Origin: Callorhinchus milii
Lineage: Eukaryota
DNA: 64,000 nucleotides
NCBI RefSeq assembly: GCF_018977255.1
Contig: NW_024704742.1
Coordinates: forward strand, 129,210,001-129,274,000
Direction of reading: 5' to 3'
Shown here: one piece after another, positions 25,430 through 36,955 of the stretch
Numbering within the stretch: the first letter of the stretch is position 1
Layout of the letters: each line of letters starts with the position of its first letter
Position numbers and translations under genes: made by a program
Notes under the pieces: model-generated
Told to the model about the DNA's origin: nothing
Seen by the model: only the letters and a program-made list of their open reading frames with translations
Database searches by the model: none

Positions 25430-26240
25430 TCAACAACAACAAAATCACATTACAAAGTGCCTTTCACATCGGGAGGATGGAGTTCCAGAGGGTGGGGGCA
25501 GAGTGGCAGAAGGCCTGCCTGCCAATGGTGAGGCAGGTGAGGCAGGGGACGCAAAGCAGGCCGGAACCCACTGAGCGTTGGGAACAGGTGGGTTGGTGAG
25601 GGGTTACAAGCTTGCAGAGGTAGAGGGGAGCAACAACAACAACAACAACAAGATTCCATTTATAAAGCGCCTTTCACGTCAGGAGGACGTCCCAAGGCGC
25701 TGCACAGTTGGGTCATGACCCGAGCAGGGGGGAAATGGTCAGGGTGAGGGGAAGGAAGGGAGGGAGCGAGGAGGGGGAAGAGAGTCGAGAGGGGAGCTGA
25801 AGGCACGGTCAAAGAGAAAGGTTTTGAGACCGGCCTTGAAGGAGGAAAGGGAAGAAGCAAGGCGAAGGCACTGGGGGATGGAGTTCCAGAGGCTGGGGCT
25901 GAGAGGCTGAAGGCCCGACCACCGATGTAGGGCGGTTGGGGCGGGGGACGTGGAGCAGACCGGAGCCAGAGGAACGGAGGGTACGGGCAGGTAGGTAGGG
26001 GGATAGAAGGTTGGAGAGGTAGGAGGGAGCAAGGCCGTGAATGGCCTTGTAGGTGAGGATGAGGATCTTGAAATCAATCCTCTGGGGTTTGAAGGTGAGT
26101 ACCAGGATCTTGAACTGTATCTTCTGTGTGATGGGAAGCTAGTGGAGTCGGCCAAGGATGGAGATGATAGCGTTACAGAGCCTGGTGCAGGAGAAGACAC
26201 GAGTTGCAGAGTACTGGATGATCTGCAGCCTATGGAGGGA
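25430..26240 (-). mobile_element. Older L2 3' fragment with a young L2 (25631-26088) nested inside
   Basis: The older copy is interrupted after ...ggggagcaa and resumes at tttgaaggtgag. The insert is near-identical to 56012-56495. Confidence 0.85.
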
Positions 26241-26372
26241 GGAGTTGATCTTTACTCTTTAGAGCTGAGATCAAATGACTGCCTTCATCCTAACTTTTCT
26301 TGTGATCTTGCTTGGAATCCTTGTTTATTTGCTCTCATTACACAGGTGAATATCTCATTTCATTGAATATCT

Positions 26373-26550
26373 CCATCCTCGCCCGACTCCACTGCCTTCC
26401 CATCACACAGAGGATACAGTTCAAGATCCTGGTACTCACCTCTGGAACTCCATCCCGCAGTCCCACTGTCTTAGCCCCTCCCTTGCCTGCTTCAAGACCC
26501 GTCTCAAAACCTTTCTCTTTGACCATGTCTTCGTTCACCCTCCTTCCCCC
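26373..26550 (+). mobile_element. Internally deleted L2 fragment
   Basis: ILARLHCLPITQRIQFKILVLT fused directly to the WNSIP..FK..LKTFLF segment. Confidence 0.8.
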
Positions 26551-27404
26551 CAATGAGATATTCCAATGCTTGGAATCCTTTTTTTCTTTTTGCTCTCATT
26601 ACAGTGGTGAATATCTCATTTGTTAACTATCTGAGCCAATTTTCTGAAAAGTCTAATTTCACAGTCTGCACTTGTTGCAACTACCTGAAAGAACAATTAC
26701 CGTCCACATCACACACTGAACCCAATAATCTTGAAGTTTAATGGAACTGAAATTGCATACAAGAGAGATTGAATCTTCCAGTACTGGAATCAGTGAAAAA
26801 TATTCTGACAAGTATGTCTTGACCAAGTTCATTGGAGCCTCTAGCAGTCTCAGTATGAATAATCTCCCATTAAATTTTCATTCCTCTTAGTTGGGGTTTG
26901 AGGAGTTTACATTCTTTCTCCATCTGTATGCAGCTGCAAACAAATGGTTAGTTATTTTGAGCACAATGAGGAATCTGGGTAACAGTAAATGCAACAATAA
27001 GCAGATAACAAATTGTCTCAAAACATCTCCCTCTTTTGGTAATGGTTTAGATGCTTCATTACAATTGTTTCCAAAAATCATAAATTGCTGGACATTTATA
27101 CATACAATCCTAAATTGCTGGATATATCATGCTCAGACTTTTAAAATCCTGCAAAAACATTGCTGAAGACAAGCAAATACAATGTGGAAGTTCACCAGCT
27201 GTAGGTCCTTTAGATTCTTTAAATCATTTCAAGCTGAGAAGCTGTGGGCCAAGGATCAAACCCCAACTCAGTTGTCAACATTGAGCATTCCAGCCAGAGT
27301 ATTTATTAATTGTTTTTGTTCCTATTAATGAAATAGGTATCTACACCCCTAATCTCTAGAATTTCCTGCCTCAATCCCTCTACCTCGCCCCCTCTTTATC
27401 TTTA

Positions 27405-27685
27405 ATAATAATCTTTACATTTGGTGCAGCATGTTTCACATTGGGAGGACGTCCTAAAGTATTTTACAGCGATTGTGTGTTTTGTGGGTGAATGCAGCAG
27501 TCATTTGGTGCATTGCAGTGTCCAACAAACAGCTCTCAAGAAAATGACCTATTTTATTTGGGAGGTTGTTGGTCAGGACACCAGGAGGGAGAAACTCCCT
27601 TCTCTTTTTGAATAGAAGCATGGGATCTTTAACATCCACCTGAATAGGCAGACAGGAATTTGGGTTAATATCTGATCCGAATATG
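27405..27685 (-). mobile_element. Old Deu-domain SINE fragment
   Basis: Reverse match to the Deu domain (catgggatctttaacatccacctgaa). Confidence 0.7.
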
Positions 27686-27899
27686 CACACCTTAGCTCTT
27701 TCTATCCTAGACCAGCTGCATAATATACATGCACTCTGAAACCTGTTTGCTTTCATCATGAGTTAAATTTATGCACGAGTTTATAGCCAGAAAATAGACT
27801 GACATAATGCACTGTAGCTTGTAAAATTCCAAATTGTATGAAATGGGCTAAATCAGTTGAGTGCACAGTGAAGAGGCAAAGAAATGAGTAGATTGCTCA

Positions 27900-28400
27900 G
27901 TAGAATCTTGTTGTGGTTTTTCATTTTCTTTACGCTCCAGGAACAATGTAAAATCTACGATATTGCCGTGGTCTCGTTACTATAGTAACCCTCCCCCTCC
28001 TTCCCTCCCCTTGACTTTAATTATTCCCAACCTCCCCCCACCTTTCGCTGCCTCAAAATCGTTGACGTATTTCAACAGTAATCCTCCAAATAATGAATCT
28101 CTCAGACAACGCTAGTTAACTTAGAGTCCATCTTGTTAAATAGTTACTTAAGAGGAAGTAAAAGGTTTTAAAAGATATTGAAGGGAACAATCTGCCACGT
28201 GATTATTTTAATGAGCATTTAATGCCAAACAGATACTATCCATCTGAGCGTGAAAGTGCAGTTGGACCATAGCAACGTAGTCTACAATTTCGCAACATGG
28301 TTTTTTTTACAGGATAGCCATGGTTTAACCCAGGTAGATTAACGAAAGCATCAAAACTAACTGCAGGTAGATTGATCTGATTCACTTTTTGCCTGACGGA
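27900..28400. promoter_or_regulatory. Candidate promoter/enhancer with RFX X-box motifs
   Basis: Perfect palindrome GTTACTATAGTAAC (27976-27989), GTTGGACCATAGCAAC (28261-28276) and CACGTG (~28196), in repeat-free sequence with locally retained CpGs. Confidence 0.5.
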
Positions 28401-28609
28401 AACTCTTCAGTCATCACACTGAAAACTCAATGGGTTGAAACTCACTTCTTACTGCCCTAAAGAAATGGTCAATGAAAAGGATACATGAGTTCTCTGAGTG
28501 GATACAGGGCACCCTGGGGCAGTGAGGAGACGTGACAGACGCACTTTATACACTGCTCTGGCATGCTGTGAAGAAGGACAATTAAAGAAATCATATCACC
28601 AATACATAC

Positions 28610-28692
28610 CCAGTTTGAATTTCCTCCACACCACTCTTGCCGAATTTCACCAATTTTTCGGCCAGAAAAAAATAAACCCTGAACCTCCCATC
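28610..28692 (-). other. Candidate 83-nt exon of unknown transcript
   Basis: tttttgcAG|GATG...CTGG|GTATGT. No recognisable protein in the open frames. Confidence 0.2.
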
Positions 28693-29197
28693 CTGCAAAA
28701 ATACTTGGAAAAATCAAAACAGTTTTGATCATCTTTTAGGTGTGAATCTGCTTTGTGTCTCAGTGCAGCACTGGACTATTCTCAATGCACACTTACTGAA
28801 TGGATGCATTTGCGGCATCTAACTAGAGAAACTATTTACTTAGCCATTCGCAATCTGATACTGGGCAGGATCTGCTTCCCCACGAGTAGTGAACTTGATT
28901 GCATGTCCAGGGAGCTGAAATAAAACAAATACTGAAAATTTGGCGAAGGGGTGTTTCAGGAAAAAATAGAGCCTTAAAATCAGAGCAAAGATAGTTACAA
29001 CAACAACAAATTACATTTGTATAGCACCATTCATGCAGGAAAGACATCACAAGGCACTGGAAACATTTCTTCTCACGGAGCCATTGTGAAGATGTGGAAT
29101 TATCTGCCCCAGAAAGCTGTAGATGTGGAATCAATAAGACTCAAAAGAAAAATGGACAGTAGAGGTATAAAGCAGTATGGTATAAGGATTAGGAATC

Positions 29198-29462
29198 AAT
29201 AATAATAGTAATAATCCTTGCATTTGATATAGCACTTTTCACATCTTCTAGCCGTCTCAAAGCGCATCACAGAATATACTGTAAAGTGAATTGAAGATAT
29301 ATTTGTGGGCGAAATGGGGCAGCCAATTATGCACAGCAGTGTCCCACAAACAGTCATGGATTGAAAATGACCAATTTATTGTTATTTTGTTTTGCCCTGC
29401 CTGGAATTGAACCCAGATGTCTCGCTTGCAAGGCAAGTGCTCTAACCAGAGCTACAGGACTA
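29198..29462 (-). mobile_element. Short-form SINE with internal deletion
   Basis: Head, Deu core and tail present; the segment after the head is missing. Confidence 0.85.
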
Positions 29463-29729
29463 ATAGCAGTTAATTGTTAGCACTTTCCTGGAGGGGAGAG
29501 GGGTTAGAATGGGTTATCACCGAGGTCAGTAATAAATGTTGACTTCTCTTGACATTTTTGATTGGCATGATAATTATTGGGGTGCAATAATAATATGTGG
29601 CATGTCATATCATCACTGGTGAAGTCATTTGGGGATTTAAATTCAATTGATTTAGAGGTCATAGAGGGCAGCTTAACTCAGATTTTAAAGTTGTTTGAAA
29701 ACAATAAAAACAATTGAAAAAAAAATAAG

Positions 29730-29910
29730 AAAGTTGGTCACTTCAATCCACGACTGTTTGTGGGACACTGCTGTGCGCAATTGTCTGCCGCATTTCGCCC
29801 ACAAATATGCAGTCAATTCACTTTACAGTATATTCTGTGAAGCACTTTGAGACAGGTAGAAGACGTGAAAAGCGCTATATCAAATGCAAGGATTATTATT
29901 ATATTATTAT
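29730..29910 (+). mobile_element. SINE 3' half
   Basis: Deu core plus (tta)n tail. Confidence 0.85.
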
Positions 29911-30714
29911 TGTTTAAACAATGGCAGCTTGCCAGTGAAATTTATTGGAAGGATACCGTTAGCATCACACCTCTGCTTCTAAAGCACGACTGCATTCCAA
30001 AGAGACAGCTGTGCCATTTTCTGAGGATGTTTCATTTTATTTGCAGAATAATTTCAATGCCACCCGACTCTATCCATCCTGTACAAATGTTTTGACCTCT
30101 TGTGACTAGGCCATGCTTTCATTTCCAATGGAAGCATTTTTTATTTTTCACGTACCCGAGATCAATGCCAACAATGCTCAAAACAAGTGCAGATAGGTTC
30201 ATATAGTATAGTATTGATGGTATTGTGGTGTATCAATCACCAGATGTCCTGAAAGGCAAGGTACAAGGTCAGCCTTTCTTTAAGCGCTACATTACTATTC
30301 CAGCCAAGAACACGTCAAGCTCAGAGTTACCTACGGTCACCTACGCTTTCCCCTCTCCATAGGTCAGTGTCAAACCCAGTCGCTGTGCAGCACTCCAAGA
30401 CACTCTGCTGTGTGAAGGGTGGTGTTTAAATGCAGTTTGTTGTCGTAGTCATCACACAACACCGAATAGTATTTGAACATCACTTGGTTGCGAAGCCACG
30501 ATCCTCAGTAGCCTGCATCATGAATTAGAAAGGATGATTCCTTTGCAAACGTAGTGTCTACCTACAATACAAAATGATAACACAAAATTATATTTGTGTA
30601 GCACCTTTCACCTTGGGAGGATGTCCCAAGGCTCTGGACAGTCAGGGATTTGGACCCGAGATGGGGGGTTGGAATTGGGGAGGGTGGAGGGCAGAGAGGG
30701 TAGGAGGGTGGCTG

Positions 30715-30860
30715 AATAATAATAATAATCCTTGGATTTGATATAGCGCTTTTCACGTCTTCTAGACGTCCCAAAGCACTTCACAGAATATACTGTAAAG
30801 TGAATTGACTGTATATTTGTGGGCGAACGCGGCAGCCAATTGCGCACAGCAATGTCCCAC
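30715..30860 (-). mobile_element. SINE 3' half (preceded by an L2 tail at 30580-30714)
   Basis: Reverse complement of the Deu core and tail. Confidence 0.9.
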
Positions 30861-31156
30861 TTTGAAAGCGAGAGACCTAAGTTCAATTCCAGGCAGAGGG
30901 CGAAACCTTGGGCAAGTTTCCTTACTCCACATGCCTAATAATAATCCCTCCAAAACCAAAAACAATAATAAATTGGTCATTTTCAATCCATGACTGTTTG
31001 TGGGACATTGCTGTGTGCAATTGGCTGCCGCGTTCGCCCACAAATATACAGTCAATTCACTTTACAGTGTGTTCTGTGAAGCGCTTTGGAACGTCCTCCC
31101 GACGTGAAAAGCGCTATATCAAATGCAAGGATTATTATTATTATATTATTATTATT
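30861..31156 (+). mobile_element. Young short-form SINE missing the first ~30 nt of the head
   Basis: Near-identical to 39930-40214. Confidence 0.92.
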
Positions 31157-31409
31157 TCTTGATTCATGACATAAATCTATGCTGTTTTGTTATTTCGTGA
31201 TTATTTTGTAGGCCAACCAAAAAAGGTTACCAAAGGGCCACACGTCATGTCCCCAGCTAATTGTTTCATACTACAGCACAAAACATTAACATTTTATTTG
31301 TACAGATTGTTCAACATTAGCCAATAACCTCCCAAATAAAATCGGTTACTCATTTCATAGCTGTTGTGGGACACTGCAGTGCACAAATTGGCTGCTGCAT
31401 TTCGCTACA

Positions 31410-32380
31410 AACAACAACAACAACCCCAACAACAAAATTACATTTATACAGCACCCTTCACATCAGGAGGATGTCCCAAGGCGCTGGACAGTCAGGTGTC
31501 AGGACCCGAGCATGGGGGAGGGTGGGGTAGGGATAAGGAAAGGCAGAGAGGTGGGAGGGCGACTGAAGGCACAATCGAAGAGGAGAATCTTGAGACCAGC
31601 CTTGAAGGAGGTAAGGGAGGAAGCGAGGAGAAGGGACTGTGAGATGGAGTTCCAGACTGTGGGGGGCAGAGAGGCTGAAAGCTCGGCCACTGATGGTAGG
31701 GCAGGTCGGGCCCTCCAGAGTTGAGAGATCGACAGGCTCTGTCTCAGACCGGAGCCCGCTGAATGGAGGGAGCGGGCAAGTTGGGAGGGAGTTAACAGGT
31801 CAGAGAGGTAGGAGGTGGCAAGGCCATGGATGGCCTTGAAAGTGAGGATGAGGATCTTGAATTTGATTCTCTGAGGGATGGGAAGCCAGTGGAGTCGGGC
31901 AAGGTGGGATTGATGGGGACAGGAAGTCGAACAGACAGTTAGACAGGCAGTCAGTCAGGATGCTAATAGTCCTGGAGTTGAGGATGGAGGCAGAGAGGTA
32001 GAGTTGGTATCATCCACATACATGTGAGAATTTATCCCATGTCTGCGGATGATGTCAACAAGGGGGAGCATGTAGCAGATGAAGAGGAGGGGACCGAGGA
32101 CAGAGCTCTGAGGAACACCGCACAAGACAGTGCAGGGGCTGGAGGAGAAGCCGTTTGCAGAGACGAAGTGGAGGCAGTGTGAAAGGTAGGACCTGAACCA
32201 GTCAAGGACAGAACCTTGAAGAAGAGGGAGAAGAGGCGGTGGAGGAGGATTGAGTGGTCCACAGTATCAAAAGTGGCGGAGATGTCGAGGAGGACGAGAA
32301 GGAAGAGGGAGCCCCGGTCACACATGGTCAGGATGTCATTTTTGACCTTGACCAGAGCAGTTTCCGTGCTGTGGGCATGG
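31410..32380 (-). mobile_element. L2 LINE fragment with internal deletions
   Basis: [28 protein letters not shown] (RT domain) and the 3' tail. Confidence 0.9.
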
Positions 32381-33184
32381 AACACAACAAAAACAACTTG
32401 CACTTATATAGCACCCTCCACACAGGGTAGCATCTCAGAGTGCTTAATAGTAGTGGAGCCAAACACAGAGACACTACAATAAAATCCTTCATAATAAAAT
32501 CCTGTGAAGCCCACTTTGATACATCTTGACAAGATAAGATGCTATATATTTAATGCAAGGATTATTGTGATGATTATTAGTGACCAGACAGAACTCCACT
32601 TGATCCTTCTCAACATGTGATCAGTTTGATCATCAACTCCGCGAAGCTTTACCAGTCATGAAGCATATTGGATCAGCAAGTAAAGTTTCACACCAAGGGA
32701 ATATGAACAAGGAGATGATTGATGGGACACTTCTGCAGATTGTTGGCTCTTCCTTTGGTGACAATGTCTTCTGCCATCTCACTGGAGAGCAGAATGACCT
32801 AAATTGTCACTTTGAATGAGGTGCAGCTTAGATCAGACACTGCCACAGGCATGAAGAAAACCAGAGAACATCAGCTGTGCCCAACAAGACACCACAGGAT
32901 TTTACTGAACTTACGCAGCAGCCAGGCTCTCTTCTAGCTGGGCTCAGATCGATCTGTAGGACATTGGCTGGTACCTCTTCATTCGGAGCAGACCATAAAT
33001 CATCCCCAATCTCAGCCAAAGCAGCCCTCCAGAGCTGAGAGATCGACAGGCTCTGTCCCAGCAAAAGCAAGACACAACGCAGATTGTGTTTAATCACCAG
33101 CACCACAAGATCCAACAGCGAAAGTGGATTGGATACCCGAGGCTCTAAATTGCTCATGGTCTTTGCTTTATCTGCTGGAATATC

Positions 33185-33600
33185 TAATAATCCTTGAATT
33201 TGATACAACGCCTTATCATGTCGTCGAGATGACTCAAATAAGATTTGAAGTGTGGTGACCATAATTGTAGGCAATGCAGCAGACAATTTGCGCATAGCAA
33301 TGTCCCACAAATAGCCATTGATCGAATTACTAATTTTATCTGGGAGAAACTCCCTTCTCTTTTCGAATAGTGTCATGGGATTTTAAGATAAAATGAAAAT
33401 AGAAGTCGCTGGGAACACGCAACAGGCCAGTATCTATGGAGAGAGGAAAGTGAGTCAACAAAAACAGAAGTCGCTGGCATTTTGCCTTTTATTCATGATT
33501 TTAATGTCCACCTAAACAAGCAGACATGGCCTTGGTTTAACTTCTCACCTGAAGGATGATACTTGTGACAATGCAGAGCGCCCCCAGGACTGCATTGGAT
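33185..33600 (-). mobile_element. Old Deu-domain SINE interrupted by a short rearranged Penelope terminal fragment (33388-33493)
   Basis: The SINE is broken at atgggatttt and resumes at ttaatgtccacc. The insert matches 9530-9600 (agaagtcgctgg..gaaagtgagtcaac). Confidence 0.7.
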
Positions 33601-33817
33601 TGTCAGCATGGATGGTAATCATGCAGCTATTCTCATTTCTTTTTTTAAAAAAAGATGAATTCATATTGAGAATGAACATAATGTGAGAGAAAAAGAGAGA
33701 AAGTGTGGTCAGTGACAATTGTGGCACAGCAACAATAACAACTTGCATTTATATGCAGCACTCCACCCAGGGTAGCATCACGAACACACAACATAGTTGT
33801 TATACTCATGTATATTC

Positions 33818-33974
33818 TTATACCAACAATCACTATAACTAACCAGCATTCACCACAACCAGCCAACACTCACCATGACTCACATACCAGCACTCACCAT
33901 AATTCTCTGTGTATCAGCCCCTATGTGTGTTATGGTGGGAACTGGTATGTGAGTTATGGTCAATGTTGGTATAA
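33818..33974. repeat. Foldback-like inverted repeat made of ~24-nt subunits
   Basis: About four ataccagcactcaccataactcac-like units on the left and two inverted units on the right. Confidence 0.75.
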
Positions 33975-34147
33975 AAAGTAAAGTGTAAATAGACCATTGT
34001 ACCCCTCCCTCTTCCCATATCACAAAACATAGCCATATGTGTACATGTTAAGCAAACACAGAGATATAAACATGCTCCAAAAAATTACCACAAACATTTA
34101 AAGAATGAAAATAATGGTATGTTTACAACATTCTCACTGCAAACTAT

Positions 34148-34603
34148 TAGGAATGAGGGACCTTGATTATGAGGAAAGGCAGAGAGGCTGGGATTATTGT
34201 CTTTGGAGCAGAGAAGGTTACGAGGAGACCTAATAGAGGTTTTCAAAATCATGAGGGGATTTGATAGGTTAGAAAGGGAAAAACTGTTTCCACTGGTGGG
34301 TGTGTCAGTGACTCGAGGTCACAGATTCAAAATAGTTTCTAAAAGACGCAGAGGGGAGGTGAGAAGACATTTTTTCATGCAGTGAATCTGGAATGCATTG
34401 CCTGAAAGGGTGGTGGAGGCCGATACGATAACAACTTTTAAAAACACAGTGGATTGGTATTTGAGGAGGATGGGTTTGCAGGGTTATGGGAAAAGGTCTG
34501 GGGAGTGGAATTGACATTACATTGCTCTGTCCAAAGAGCTGGCACAGACTCGAATGGCCAAATGGCCTCTTTTTGTGCTGTACGAATCTATGATTCTATG
34601 ATT
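34148..34603 (+). mobile_element. CR1 LINE 3' fragment
   Basis: SLEQRRLRGDLIEVFKIMRG..TRGHRFK followed by an (attctatg)n tail. Confidence 0.92.
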
Positions 34604-34749
34604 AAGTGAATCTCCTGCAGTTCCTTGCAGATGTTTTGTTACCTTCATCTGGATGATCCTTTAGTTGCTGTATTTGTTCAGAGCAGTCAAACGTTTATGT
34701 CCAAGTGCAGTTGAAGTCTATGAATTTGTAAACCAGATCAACTCCAACA

Positions 34750-35200
34750 CCAATAACTTGCATTTATTTATTTACCCTTCACACGGGGGAGCATCTCACA
34801 GTTCTTCACAGAGGTGGAGTCTGACACCAAGGCAGGAGAGGGGGGATGACCGAAGAGGAAGGTCTTCAGGTGTGATCTGAAGATGGTCAAAGAGGGTCAA
34901 GGTGAAGGGATTGAGGCAGAGAGTTCCATCGTTTCGGGATGTAGTGACTGAAAGTATGGCCGCCAATGATGGAGCGGAGGAAACAAACTCCCAGACTCCG
35001 TACCCACATTCCCCAGTGCTTCACTGGACATGTAGGAGGCCAGAGCCAACTGAGTGCAGGCATTGGGTAGTGGAATGAGGCATAAGCAGATTGGAGAGGT
35101 GGGGAGGTGCATGGGCTTGCAGTGATTTGTACATGTGTGAGGATCTTGAAATTGATCTGTTCTGCAATACAGAACCACGGGAGCTTGGGAAGCACTGGGG
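34750..35200 (-). mobile_element. L2 LINE 3' fragment
   Basis: EQINFKIL..GGHTFSHYIPKRWNSLPQSL plus the tail. Confidence 0.75.
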
Positions 35201-35413
35201 AATGTGGGAGTCTGGAGTGGAAATTTATGAAGGTAGAGCAGGGTTATTTCTGTGGACCTTTGCCAAAATCACAGTGATGTACCCAGACCTTCCTCCACTT
35301 GAAGCCTATTCATTCCCTGTATCTTTGACAGAAGGATGTCCATTTTGAATGCCATAGTTGAATGTGTCCACCATCCCCTGGTTGTTGAGAAATTACCATT
35401 GTTATAATGTACA

Positions 35414-35757
35414 ATAATCCTTGCATATGATTTGCGTCTTCTACACGTCTCAAAGCGCTTCACAGAATATACTGTAAAGTGAATTCACTGTATATTTGTG
35501 GGCAAAACGGGGCAGCCAATTGGTTACAGCAGTGTCCCACAAACCGTTGTGGATTGAGTGACCAAATTATTATTTTTTTAAAAGTATTATTATCCCTGGA
35601 AAAGCAATCCGCCAATTGACTAACAACCAGCTTCCTAGGGTTTACAGCTACGTAAACAGGAGTGTGGAGTAACTTGCTCAACATGTCGCCCTGCCAGGAA
35701 TCAAACCCAGGTCTCTCATTTGTGAGGCGAGTGCTCTAACCGCTGAGCTACAAGACT
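35414..35757 (-). mobile_element. Long-form SINE
   Basis: Head, internal segment, Deu core and tail. Confidence 0.85.
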
Positions 35758-36719
35758 TCTAAACCTTGTTTGGAGCACAAGGTGACACCACAGGAGTAGT
35801 TGTGGGAAAGGAAAACAGCTCCAATCACCAGCGGTTGAGGGATAGAACATCAGCAAAGGTAGGTTCCATGAGGAACTGTAAAATGACCAAGAACCATAGG
35901 ACCATAGAAATTTACAGTGCAGAAAAGACACCCCCCACACACACACATAGGTAAATTATTCCTTTCTACGTACGGTCAAACCTGTCTTCAACAACCTCTC
36001 AGGGACTGGGCCAAAGTGGCCTTTCTCTATGGGTGACTTCTTAGTACAGGTTCAATTGGTGTGTGGAGAATTGTATCCAGACAATTATAGGGTGTTTTTT
36101 TTAACAGTGGGTGGTTGCTGAATGGAGGTGGTTGCTGGAACAGGTTTGACTGTATCTATCTAATTCCCTCTTGAAAGCTAACATGGATTCTACCTTAACC
36201 ATTATACCCAGCAGATCATTCCACATCCTAACATCCTACGCGCCAAATGGCTACCAAATTCATCCACCTAATACACAATCACTGCACTTTACAGGCACTT
36301 TGAAACATCCTCCCAACCTGAAAGGCAATGTACAAAATGCAAGGATTATTCATTATTGTGCCTTAAGACTTTCCTCTTCGACCATACTTAGTGTCACCTC
36401 TTTCCTCTCTTCGGGCATTGTGCTCCCCCACTGTCAAGCGCTCTGAGACGCTACAAAGCATGAGGGACACTATATAAATATAAGTTGTTACATACTAGTA
36501 CTTGAACAGGAAAAGAGTATTATCAACAGTAGCTTGACTCAGAGGCATTGCTCACAACATCACAAAAACTCCTGAATGTCAGGTCTTAGCGTGAGTTAAG
36601 AGGATCCAATGTGCTAGAGAAATCTGTGAAAATAGGAGCTGTTTCTAGCTACAATGACACTCTGAAAGACAGTTACTTATAACTGTAAGATATTTATAGC
36701 AGACCTGACTGGTTTGCCA

Positions 36720-36955
36720 AGACAAGTTAGAGCTCTTTGGCTTCGAGAGAAGACGTGTCAGAGGAGATCTTTTAGAAGTGTATTACATTTTAAGTAAAAT
36801 TGAAAAAGTGAACCCAGAACAGTACTTTAAGACACACAAGACAAGAACAAGAGGACGGTTAACATTTAGAATTGCAAAGACCAATTTCAGGACAGACACC
36901 AAAGAGTTTTTCTTTATCCAGAGGGTAATTAACGATTGGAACAGGTTGTCAGGCC
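36720..36955 (+). mobile_element. Ancient CR1 3' ORF2 fragment
   Basis: RRVRGDLLEVYYIL..RTRG..FRTDTKEFFFIQRVINDWNRL. Confidence 0.7.

Noticed and set aside
32828..33376. 182-aa minus-strand ORF
   Set aside because: It begins inside a SINE, has no recognisable domain and shows no supporting exon structure.
250..35300. CACAGTG/CACTGTG heptamers (284, ~6174, ~27864, ~35269) as V(D)J recombination signals
   Set aside because: No ACAAAAACC-like nonamer at 12 or 23 bp spacing in those checked, and no V or J segments are visible.
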